Source of the DNA: Bacteroidota bacterium
GTDB lineage: Bacteria; Bacteroidota; Bacteroidia; AKYH767-A; OLB10
NCBI GenBank assembly: GCA_016714535.1
Contig: JADKDR010000006.1
Span: 264,514-328,513 of the forward strand
Length of the DNA stretch: 64,000 bases
Direction of reading: 5' to 3'
The position numbers were made by a program, and so were the translations under genes. Positions 10,003 through 19,024 of this stretch are shown in pieces. The notes under the pieces were generated by a model. That model saw only the letters and a list, made by a program, of their open reading frames with translations, was not told the origin of the DNA and did not search any database. Position 1 is the first letter of the stretch; every line of letters starts with the position of its first letter.

Positions 10003-11703
10003 TCATTCAACAATTACTTTTTTGGAAATAAGCTGAACGCCATTATAAATGACAATAAAATACATTCCTTTTGCAAGATTATCAAAATGAAGTTCGTTGC
10101 TATTTTTTAAATTTGAATTTTGCGTAGAAAAAATTAATACTCCCATCTCATTATATATGCTTATGTCCGCATTGAATTCGCTATCAAAATTGAATACAAC
10201 TTCAAAGTCGCCATCATTGGGATTGGGAATTATTTCTACTTGTTCATCAATATTATTTAATCCTATTCTTGCAGGAGGCATGGTTATAAATTTGCTTTTG
10301 CTACATCCCACCGAGTCAGTAACTATAACCTTATACGTTTTGCCGGGTAAAAGTCCGGTAGCCGTGGCAGTGGTTTGTGGCGGAATGGTATTCCATAAAA
10401 AAGTGTGAGGCAACACACCACCAGTAACTGTAGCTGAAGCTTCTGAGCTGTTAATAGCTGTTACTGTAACAACCATCAATGGGTTTTCGATTACCGTTGA
10501 AGTATTTACTTTAATACAACCAACTGCATCTGTAATAGTGCAAGTGTAAATGCCGGCACATAATCCCGATAAAGTTGAAGTCGTGGCTCCGGTATTCCAA
10601 AGTAATGTGTATGGTGGCACCCCACCACTTACGGTGAGTTTTATATTTGCATTGCATTTACCACCACAATTTATTTTAGATACTGTTTTTGCAATTGTTA
10701 CACTTGTTGCCGGTTGTGTTATCGTGTAGGTTGCAGCAGTAATGCATCCTTTACTGTCGGTAACGGTAACTAAAAAAGTGCCCGGGTATAGCCCTGTAAT
10801 AGTTGAAGTTTTTTTTCCGTTACTCCACAAATAAGTATAAGGAGGAGAGCCGCCTGAAACGTTTAGCATAATAGAACCATCGTGTGCCGAACGGCATTTT
10901 ATATTTTGTACTGTACCACTGATTGTAATTGGTACTGGAGGAGGCAAAAATATCGTCCTCATTTTCATTACTCCGAGAATATCTGTAACTATAACCGTAT
11001 ACGCACCAGCCGGCAACCCGGCAATCGTTTGTGTAGTGGCACCATTGCTCCATACAAAAGCATAGGGTGGTGTGCCGAAATTGGGCAATGCATTTATACT
11101 ACCATCAGGTGTGCCGGGACATGAAGGCTGATTGTATCCATACAAAACCGTTCCCGTATCAGTCAATTCTGTGTAACAATTTTCGTTGTGACCATACATA
11201 AGCAAATCAACATCGCAAGAGTCGTTGCCAAATAATCCTGTGGTGTCGAGGTTATAATGAAATGTGATATTGCTTTTCATATAAAACTGAAATGGAACCA
11301 AGGTGCCGGGAAAAGGCAAAGGAACAGTATTGAATACCCCCGTCTTTAGGGATTGAATAACCACACCATTTTTTACCAGTAAAAAAATATTTCCTTGTTT
11401 AGAAGTAAAGGGCGAAGGAAAATACACTTCGAATGATGCAGAGTCCGATTCGATTCGCACAGTGTCATTTCGCCAATAATTGTTGTATGTGATTGTATCA
11501 TCTTCTGTTTCGAAACGCATGAGAATTTTTAACAATACACCCATAGTATCCATGCCTGTATTGTAATCATGAACCTTAAATACAACGGGATCGCTTGTTC
11601 CTGCTTTTTGCCGAATGCTTTTTGCTTTGCCCTTCGATGTAGAACCAAAATCGGGAACCCATTCCAATGTTCCATTCATTAAGCTTACGATAATCACGCA
11701 CAT
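10003..11703 (-). CDS. T9SS-secreted surface protein (C-terminal part) with 3-4 SprB-type repeats and a type-A CTD
   Basis: Repeats ...GGSPPYTYLWSNGKKTSTITGLYPGTFLVTVTDSKGC..., and a CTD ending GMYFIVIYNGVQLISKKVIVE. It overlaps the upstream ORF in another frame, so it is probably one gene broken by a frameshift. Confidence 0.7.
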   Translation of the reverse strand: MCVIIVSLMNGTLEWVPDFGSTSKGKAKSIRQKAGTSDPVVFKVHDYNTGMDTMGVLLKILMRFETEDDTITYNNYWRNDTVRIESDSASFEVYFPSPFTSKQGNIFLLVKNGVVIQSLKTGVFNTVPLPFPGTLVPFQFYMKSNITFHYNLDTTGLFGNDSCDVDLLMYGHNENCYTELTDTGTVLYGYNQPSCPGTPDGSINALPNFGTPPYAFVWSNGATTQTIAGLPAGAYTVIVTDILGVMKMRTIFLPPPVPITISGTVQNIKCRSAHDGSIMLNVSGGSPPYTYLWSNGKKTSTITGLYPGTFLVTVTDSKGCITAATYTITQPATSVTIAKTVSKINCGGKCNANIKLTVSGGVPPYTLLWNTGATTSTLSGLCAGIYTCTITDAVGCIKVNTSTVIENPLMVVTVTAINSSEASATVTGGVLPHTFLWNTIPPQTTATATGLLPGKTYKVIVTDSVGCSKSKFITMPPARIGLNNIDEQVEIIPNPNDGDFEVVFNFDSEFNADISIYNEMGVLIFSTQNSNLKNSNELHFDNLAKGMYFIVIYNGVQLISKKVIVE

Positions 11704-12319
11704 CTACCCCACTCCAACTAAATGCTGATGTGGCAGTATTTAAATCGTTATTAATAGACTGAGTTAATCCAAAAGATTGTATCGTTCCTTTCACCGAAGG
11801 CTTTCCTAAAGAATCGACCTTGATACATGTGTAAGATTTTGCCGGAGAATTGCATGCCAGTGCGCATGCCGAATCGAGATACAAAGCGCCAATCAAAGGT
11901 ACTGTTCTTACCAAAGTATCCACTTTAGTTTTATTTCCATAAAAACAATTTAGTGGCAAATCTTTATCAATAGTATCGGTACAAAATGCTTCGAAAGTAG
12001 AGGGCTGCCCGGTTGGTTTTACTTTAAAGTTTTCGCATGCAATTATTGGCTCACGAACAAATGCATGATTATAACTTATAGCGAAAGTTTTGGCAGTGAT
12101 TGGCGAATCGGGCCAAAGAGTAAAACTGTGTTTTATTTGGTAAGTGAGGACCTTGTCACTTTGAGCAGGAGTGATTGTTTTTAAAAGTGTGAGCGGATTT
12201 ATGGCGCATTGGCTTTTTAACAACAATGGCATCAAAACAAAAAACAAACTTACATAGCTAAATATTTTTGAAGGTTTCATTTTGTTATTTTTTATGGAGA
12301 TTAATAATTCAAATGGCAT
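11576..12319 (-). CDS. N-terminal, signal-peptide-bearing part of the same cargo gene, frameshifted relative to 10003..11703
   Basis: MKPSKIFSYVSLFFVLMPLLLKS signal. The ORF ends in a non-native basic tail (…SKKHSAKSRNKRSRCI) that overlaps the start of the downstream ORF in a different frame. Confidence 0.55.
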   Translation of the reverse strand: MPFELLISIKNNKMKPSKIFSYVSLFFVLMPLLLKSQCAINPLTLLKTITPAQSDKVLTYQIKHSFTLWPDSPITAKTFAISYNHAFVREPIIACENFKVKPTGQPSTFEAFCTDTIDKDLPLNCFYGNKTKVDTLVRTVPLIGALYLDSACALACNSPAKSYTCIKVDSLGKPSVKGTIQSFGLTQSINNDLNTATSAFSWSGVDVRDYRKLNEWNIGMGSRFWFYIEGQSKKHSAKSRNKRSRCI

Positions 12320-12466
12320 CTCAAATATAAAAATTTTTTTGATTGTGGTGATGAATTTTAAAAATAAATCAAATATTATTTCGAAGTAAAAAACAATCCC
12401 GCGAGATTAAATTCCCGCGGGATGTTCCGGCATCATCGATTCCGTATTTAGTGTGACACAATCCCC

Positions 12467-15400
12467 TTAATTATGTACACTTAATTTCATTCTGTGTGTT
12501 TGCCCTTGCAACTGTAATTCTAATGTATAAATACCGTTTGAAAGGTGCATTACATTTAGTACAATATCAGTGCCATTATTAAGTAAATTTTTCTGACTAA
12601 GCACTTTATTGCCCAATGCATCAAACAAATTAATATGAACACTTTCATTTGCAAAACCATCGATATGTAGTATAACAAAATTCTTGGCCGGATTTGGATA
12701 TAAGGTCAAACCTATTTCGGTTGATGAAAAGTCTGTATTACCCAACTTCATCTGCGGCATTATGAATGTCTGCATTTGCATGCAACCTGAATTATCCATT
12801 ACCTGTAACTGTAAAATTTGCCCGGGGAACAAACCTGTAGCCAAAGGTCCGGTTTGTGGTGGCATTGTATTCCAGAATATTTGATAAGGAGGCAAACCAC
12901 CAAGCACATTTGCAAATGCCTGACTTGGAGGCATTGGCTGCACATTAATCTGCATTGGTGGCGGACTGCTAATGTTGATTGTACTATTGGCCAAACATCC
13001 CTTAGCATCTGTTACAACTACATTATAAGTTCCTGCTGTGAGGTTTGTTACTGCTGCCGTTGTCATGCCATTGGTCCATAAAAATGTATATGGTTTTGTT
13101 CCTCCTGTTCCAACTATTGATGCACTACCGTTACTACCTCCAAAGCAAGTTACACTTGTCAATGTTGGAACTATTTGCAGTGGAAGAGGTTGTTTTACCT
13201 GATAACTGCTAACTACGCTGCATCCATTAGCATCGCTAACTGTAGCAGTATACGTACCAGCTTTTAGACCAGTTCTTGCTTGATTAGTATTGCCATTATT
13301 CCATTTGTAGAGGTAAGGAAATGTTCCACCCGATGGAATAAGCGTAATGCTGCCGCTAAAATCATTATTGCAATTTAATTTTTTAACATTGGCTGTTACT
13401 GATAACAGAGAAGGCTCAGTTAAATTGACAGTTCCAGTCCATGAAAAACCACTTGCATTGGTTACATTTACCGTAAGGTTGCCGGCAGAAAGATTATTGA
13501 TAATAGCAGTAGTAGCACCGTTGCTCCATATGTAATTTAATGGTAGCATATTGTCTTTTACATTGTCCATTACCATAGCGAACCCATTGAGACTTCCACT
13601 GCACCAAGGTCCGGCCGATACTAATGTCAGTTCGGGATTTGGAATTGCAACCGATGGGCTCACAGGCACTTCAAATACTTTCGTCATGCATCCAGGTGAA
13701 TCCGATACTATAACTGTATACGTTCCGGAAGAAAGATTAGATATATCTTCGGTAGTACTTCCATTCGACCATAAGAACGATGGAAGAAGCATGTCGCCTG
13801 TTAAAGTAAAATCTATACTACCATTGAATTCAGTAAGCGAACTTGCGGGAGTAATGGTTGCAGTACCATCGTAAGAAATAGTAGTGCCGGGTACAGAAAC
13901 ATTCACTGTAGTATAAGGAAATGTATCGGTAGAATTGTATGGCAATAATGCATTGATATGAAAACTAAACTGTACAGGTGCTCCCGGTAAAATTGGAGAA
14001 TAGAAATTTAACGTGCCCGTTGGGAAATCAAAATAGGATGGCAATTTGCTCGATGCCGCATCTACAATAATTCCAGGGTGGGGCGAATTAAATACTAACT
14101 GAGAAATAGGTGAGCACGACTCGTTAATGGCAACCAAACTTCCACTACGGCTGGTCAAACCAAAAGCACTGTTATCATTATTTAAATAAAATTTCATAGT
14201 ACCACCTGTGCATGCCAACTGATAAATAGTATCATCTGAATCGTCAGTAATTTCTATAGTATAACCATCTATCTTTTTACTGCAATAAACTGTAACCACC
14301 ATTTTATTGCCGGGTAAAATACCTCCACCATTGGGTGCGTATACATGTACAGTATCGTTCTTTTTGCCGGGAGGTTTTGTATCCCATTTTACACCGTTCA
14401 CTAAAACCGAATCAATACTTTCTTTCGCAATGATTTCCAAATCACAAATAGTATCTCTTGTGTCATTTTTTAAAACAGTTGACGATTTGCTGCTGCTGAA
14501 TGTACTGCCCGGAGTAGAACCGCTAAACTTTATCTGACGGGTTGCTTTATTTCCCGGATTAATATTTTGTATGCCACAACTAATGTCGGCATTCAGGCTA
14601 TCGGTAGGAGTGTATACATACGTAGTACAAGCTTTATTAAATTTTACAGAAATGGAATAGGGTGCTCCATCGGCAATACACGGAAAAAATACATGCACCT
14701 CATTTTTTTGAGTTGGGCGTGCTGTAATTTTTTTGCCATCGGTTCCATATATGCTGTCCACTTTCTTATCATTTACCCAAACTTCATCTATTGTTACTCC
14801 TGTTGGCGCTTTAATGCGCATATCGCATACATCTGTGCCTGTTGCATTACTATTGGACAAACGTGGAAAACTACTTGGTTCAAAAGTAGGCGATTGTTGC
14901 CCTCCGGTAGTATTTGTTTTGCGAGCCCGCTTTCCCTGTTCTACTGCACCGTTATTCGGCAGACTCCTGTTTGCCATAACATCTGCGTTAAGGCTATCTG
15001 TAGGTGTTATTTTGTAGGTTGTTATTTCGCTTTGTGCTGCTACTGAAACTTTGAAACTATCACCGTCCTTTATGCACTTGAAATATACATGCACTACCTT
15101 TGAATTTGCCGAAGTACCGTTGGGAACTTTAGTGCTACCAACTTTTATACTATCTACTTTTTTATTATTTACAAACACAGAGTCGATTTTTTGAGGACTC
15201 TCTATTCGCAAATCGCAAATGTCGGTGCCTGTAAGATTGGTATAGCCGAGTGAAGGGAATTTACTGGAAGCAAAAGTTGGTGACTGTGAGCCACCAGGCA
15301 CTGTGGTTTTTTCTATTTTTTTATTTACTGTTGTTGCATTGGGATTTACTGCATCATTCACCACCAAATCGGAATGCATGCTATCCGTAGGAATTAAATA

Positions 15401-15871
15401 AAGCAATGATATATTTCCTTCAAACTCTGCTTGAATGGTAATTTGTTTTGTATTGTTTACGCAAGGGTTAAATACTACATGTTGTTTGCCATTTGCTTTT
15501 GCTGTCAAAGCAACAGCTACGCCATTTACTGTTACCGATTTTGCCTTCACAGCACCGGTCCACAATAACCAAAAATCGCAAAGGTCTTCACCTACCATAT
15601 TTACGGTTTGCAGTTTTACTTTTGCCAAAGGACCCGAATCAACGAGCAACTTCCCTCCTTTGATAATTTTGTCGTCATCGGCTTTTGCGCAATGTAGTGT
15701 GGTAAAAAACAAAACAAATACAATTGCGATTTTTTTGAAAACGTGAACTAAATGTTGTTTACGTAAATGGCTTAAAAAATGAAATAAATTGTAGAAGCCT
15801 TGTTCGGTAACACTGGTGATGCTTGCTTTAACCAGCGATTGTTGTGAAACAATGTGTGTAGAATTTTTCAT
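12467..15871 (-). CDS. Large T9SS cargo protein: four tandem ~125-aa repeats of an unrecognised module, then 4-5 SprB-type repeats and a type-A CTD
   Basis: Repeated blocks such as TDICDLRIESPQKIDSVFVNNKKVDSI...YKITPTDSLNADV and TDVCDMRIKAPTGVTIDEVWVNDKKVDSI...YVYTPTDSLNADI. C-terminal SprB repeats (GGTKPYTFLWTNGMTTAAVTNLTAGTYNVVVTDAKGC). CTD ends GIYTLELQLQGQTHRMKLSVHN. The N-terminal ~45 aa before the signal-like segment are unusual, so the true start is uncertain. Confidence 0.75.
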   Translation of the reverse strand: MKNSTHIVSQQSLVKASITSVTEQGFYNLFHFLSHLRKQHLVHVFKKIAIVFVLFFTTLHCAKADDDKIIKGGKLLVDSGPLAKVKLQTVNMVGEDLCDFWLLWTGAVKAKSVTVNGVAVALTAKANGKQHVVFNPCVNNTKQITIQAEFEGNISLLYLIPTDSMHSDLVVNDAVNPNATTVNKKIEKTTVPGGSQSPTFASSKFPSLGYTNLTGTDICDLRIESPQKIDSVFVNNKKVDSIKVGSTKVPNGTSANSKVVHVYFKCIKDGDSFKVSVAAQSEITTYKITPTDSLNADVMANRSLPNNGAVEQGKRARKTNTTGGQQSPTFEPSSFPRLSNSNATGTDVCDMRIKAPTGVTIDEVWVNDKKVDSIYGTDGKKITARPTQKNEVHVFFPCIADGAPYSISVKFNKACTTYVYTPTDSLNADISCGIQNINPGNKATRQIKFSGSTPGSTFSSSKSSTVLKNDTRDTICDLEIIAKESIDSVLVNGVKWDTKPPGKKNDTVHVYAPNGGGILPGNKMVVTVYCSKKIDGYTIEITDDSDDTIYQLACTGGTMKFYLNNDNSAFGLTSRSGSLVAINESCSPISQLVFNSPHPGIIVDAASSKLPSYFDFPTGTLNFYSPILPGAPVQFSFHINALLPYNSTDTFPYTTVNVSVPGTTISYDGTATITPASSLTEFNGSIDFTLTGDMLLPSFLWSNGSTTEDISNLSSGTYTVIVSDSPGCMTKVFEVPVSPSVAIPNPELTLVSAGPWCSGSLNGFAMVMDNVKDNMLPLNYIWSNGATTAIINNLSAGNLTVNVTNASGFSWTGTVNLTEPSLLSVTANVKKLNCNNDFSGSITLIPSGGTFPYLYKWNNGNTNQARTGLKAGTYTATVSDANGCSVVSSYQVKQPLPLQIVPTLTSVTCFGGSNGSASIVGTGGTKPYTFLWTNGMTTAAVTNLTAGTYNVVVTDAKGCLANSTINISSPPPMQINVQPMPPSQAFANVLGGLPPYQIFWNTMPPQTGPLATGLFPGQILQLQVMDNSGCMQMQTFIMPQMKLGNTDFSSTEIGLTLYPNPAKNFVILHIDGFANESVHINLFDALGNKVLSQKNLLNNGTDIVLNVMHLSNGIYTLELQLQGQTHRMKLSVHN

Positions 15872-15937
15872 CTTTTGTTTGATTTTAAAATTTACGTTTA
15901 GTACTTTTTATTGATATTTGAATCAAACATACAGTGT

Positions 15938-15966
15938 GATATAACCCTTGGAAAGGGGTTTTTTGA
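15938..15966 (+). terminator. Plus-strand hairpin plus T-run with no plus-strand gene upstream
   Basis: aacccttggaaaggggttttttg, an imperfect stem followed by T6. It sits in the divergent promoter region of the 12467..15871 gene. Possible small-RNA terminator or attenuator. Confidence 0.25.
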
Positions 15967-16154
15967 ATTTGACGGTTCTAAGTTTGAATTTGAAGGGTTT
16001 GAGGTTGATGATAAAAACCAAAGGCAAAGTAATACTGGCTTCGCAGCATTTATATGCTAATAAAAAATAAAATATGCATGTACTAAATTCAAAGGGAAAG
16101 CTTTGGATTATGCAGAATAAAATGTAATACTATTATTAAGGCAAGCTAATAAAA

Positions 16155-16901
16155 TCAGACCTCACCAAGCTTTTGTAAAAATAAATCCTTACGTGTTCGC
16201 GATACATCAAGTGTGGCACCATTCGACATTATCACTTGCCCGCCTTCGCCACGAATATATTTTTTTACTTTGTGTAAGTTTATCAGGTAACTATTGTGAA
16301 TACGAAAAAATGCATAATTGCTTAACTCCTTTTCATAATCCTTTATGGACTTTGATGTAACAATTTCAGTTTTATTATCGAAGTAAAAAGTAGTGTAAAC
16401 GTTTTCCGATTTACAGTAAACTATTGCATCAATTTCAAAAAATTCTATTCCACTTTTATCACTAAGGCCAATTTTTTTTTTCGTTGTGCCCTCATTTATA
16501 TTGTGCAATAAATTTTCGATTTGCTTTGTGGATTGGTTTTGTAAATTTTTTTGCCGATACCGTTCTATCACATCGCATAAGTCATCATGGCCATAAGGTT
16601 TCAATAAAAAATCGAAAGCCGAAAAACGTATAGCATCTATGGCATAAGAATCGAAAGAGGTTGTAAACACTACTTCGTAATTTCTGTTTACTACAGCTTT
16701 CAACAAATCGAAGCCTGTGTGTGGTGGCATTTGTACATCTAAAAACAATATATCAAAATCCGAACTATCCACCAGTTTAATACCTTCAACTACGGATGCT
16801 GATTCGCCAATAATTTCTACACCTGGCAAATTTACTGCAATGGCATCTCGCAAGAAATCGCGGTGTTGTTTTTCGTCATCTATCACAATACATTTTATCA
16901 T
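16155..16901 (-). CDS. LytTR-family two-component response regulator
   Basis: Receiver domain (IVIDDE...DILFLDVQMP) plus C-terminal LytTR DNA-binding domain. The start overlaps the upstream kinase gene by 4 bp. Confidence 0.85.
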   Translation of the reverse strand: MIKCIVIDDEKQHRDFLRDAIAVNLPGVEIIGESASVVEGIKLVDSSDFDILFLDVQMPPHTGFDLLKAVVNRNYEVVFTTSFDSYAIDAIRFSAFDFLLKPYGHDDLCDVIERYRQKNLQNQSTKQIENLLHNINEGTTKKKIGLSDKSGIEFFEIDAIVYCKSENVYTTFYFDNKTEIVTSKSIKDYEKELSNYAFFRIHNSYLINLHKVKKYIRGEGGQVIMSNGATLDVSRTRKDLFLQKLGEV

Positions 16902-18751
16902 GCAGCTAAATTAGTAAAAGGAAGCAACAATGTAACTTTGGTGCCTGTCACATTTCCATTAACATCAACAATATTTTCGGCTGTATAATCCGATTTCGAA
17001 TTACTTAGTGCCTGCATACAATCAAGCCGTTCTTTCGTGAGGGCTATACCATAGGACTTTCGTGCCGATATATTTTCCTGAGTTTTGCGACCACCACCAT
17101 CATCAGTTATTTCGATACGTATTTTATTCAACATGCGCGAAATATGTATTGCAATTGTTCCCGAACCACCTTGCGATTTTATGCCATGAACAATTGCATT
17201 CTCGACTATGGGCTGCAACAATAAAGGTGGAAGAAATGTTTCTGTTGTATCAATTTCATGGTCGACCGTTACATTAAAAATCAAGGTGCCTTGGAGCCTG
17301 TTTTTTTCCAGTGCAACATAATCATTTAAGGTTTCCAGTTCATCTTCGAGTGTTACTTGCTTACTCATGCTGTGGTCAAGTACCTTTCGTATTAGTTTGG
17401 CAAAGCGCAATAAGGTTACACTGGCATTTTGCAAATCCTTTTTTGCAATTAACGTTTGTATCGATTGCATGCAGTTGAAAATAAAATGTGGATTCATCTG
17501 CGCATTGATAGCACGCATATTCAGGTCAGCCAATTGATGTTTCATTTGTGCTTCGCGTTTGCGCCTGTAAAAAATAAATGCAAATACTGCAAACGAGAAA
17601 ATAAGGATGGCCGAATATATAATTGTATTGCGCAATGTTTTTTGCTTTTGCAATTCCTTGTTTGCAAGTTCATTCTTTTGTTGTTGTTGTAACTTTAAAA
17701 TGGCTTCGCGCTTTTCGAAATCATATTGCAGTTGCTTCTTCATCAATTGATTGCGGGTGTCATCGTTGCGAATGCTATCGGTAAGATTTTTAAACAATAC
17801 CTGCATATGAAAAGCTTTTTCGAAACGTCCTGTTGCCGAGTATAATCTGCTTAGCCAATCGGTGGCACCCAACATGCCCGAAGTATATTTCAAAGCAACC
17901 GATTGCTGCCATGCATCGGTAAAATTTTTTTCCGCCTCGCTCCACTTTTTCTGCTTCATCTGTATGTTACCAAAATTTATTTTCGATAAACATAAACCTA
18001 TATCATCTCCAATACTTTTTTGTATATCGTAACTGGCTCTATAATATTCAATGGCTTTTTCATTATCATTCAACTTATCGTACACACCACCAATGTTGCT
18101 TAGCACAAGGCCCTGATTTTCGATGTCTTCGGTTTGCTTGTGCAATGCTAAACTTTGTTCCAAATAATTTAATGCTTCCTTATGAAGGCCATGATTGTTG
18201 TAAATAGTACCAAGGTTATTCAATGCAACCGCCATTCCTGTTTTGTCTTTTAATTCTGTCATTATCGAAAGACATTGTTTAATATTTACAAGAGCCTGTT
18301 GCCAATCTCCCTGTTCGTCATATACTGTTCCTATATTTCCGAGTGTATTTGCAATGCCATATTTATCGTTGCTCGCCTCGTAATATTTCAATCCTTCGAG
18401 GTAGAAATTTAATGCCTGTGGCATGTCGCCATTTTGCTGGTGCACAAAACCTATATTGTTACAATATGCTGCATAATGAATGGTGCCAATGCGATTTATC
18501 GCGCCATTGTTTTGTTTCATCATCCGTTGTGCTATCATTCCCATTTCATCGTTAAGCGGTTGCCATATAGTATCCTCTTCAATTAAATCAATCAAAGTAT
18601 TAATCAACACAACCCGCTGCGAATCAATGTTTGTAGATGGCAGCAATGCAAGCAATGAATCTTTATTTGTTTGTGAAAAAGATATGGAACTAAAAAAGAA
18701 TAAAATCAAAAAGCACAGTAAATATTTATTTTTCATTTTTAGCATTTTCAC
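16898..18751 (-). CDS. Sensor histidine kinase (LytS/His_kinase PF06580 type) with a periplasmic TPR-repeat sensor region
   Basis: Signal peptide, ~350 aa of TPR repeats, one TM, then MNPHFIFNCMQSIQ (the His_kinase H-box) and an HATPase domain. Confidence 0.8.
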   Translation of the reverse strand: MKMLKMKNKYLLCFLILFFFSSISFSQTNKDSLLALLPSTNIDSQRVVLINTLIDLIEEDTIWQPLNDEMGMIAQRMMKQNNGAINRIGTIHYAAYCNNIGFVHQQNGDMPQALNFYLEGLKYYEASNDKYGIANTLGNIGTVYDEQGDWQQALVNIKQCLSIMTELKDKTGMAVALNNLGTIYNNHGLHKEALNYLEQSLALHKQTEDIENQGLVLSNIGGVYDKLNDNEKAIEYYRASYDIQKSIGDDIGLCLSKINFGNIQMKQKKWSEAEKNFTDAWQQSVALKYTSGMLGATDWLSRLYSATGRFEKAFHMQVLFKNLTDSIRNDDTRNQLMKKQLQYDFEKREAILKLQQQQKNELANKELQKQKTLRNTIIYSAILIFSFAVFAFIFYRRKREAQMKHQLADLNMRAINAQMNPHFIFNCMQSIQTLIAKKDLQNASVTLLRFAKLIRKVLDHSMSKQVTLEDELETLNDYVALEKNRLQGTLIFNVTVDHEIDTTETFLPPLLLQPIVENAIVHGIKSQGGSGTIAIHISRMLNKIRIEITDDGGGRKTQENISARKSYGIALTKERLDCMQALSNSKSDYTAENIVDVNGNVTGTKVTLLLPFTNLAA

Positions 18752-19024
18752 AATATCATTTAAAAAAGATAGATGGTTATTCTATTGTCAAAGATTAATT
18801 TGGCTATACAAATTTAATAAAAAAGGTTAATCGCCACCATGCTTTATAAGGAAGCTTTCAACAATTTCCTTTGCCAATCTTTTCGCATTGGCGTTTACAA
18901 ATACTCAGAACCTATAAATTGAAACCAGCATTGAAAAAGTCAAACAGGAAAGAAGCAAAGAAATATTTCAACAAATATTTTAATTTCGCGCTATAAATAA
19001 TTCTAAAATTTATTTTAATCAAAC

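Noticed and set aside
12684-15746. Plus-strand ORFs inside the 12467..15871 gene (for example 14567..15046, 13551..13874)
   Set aside because: Antisense artefacts of a long minus-strand gene.
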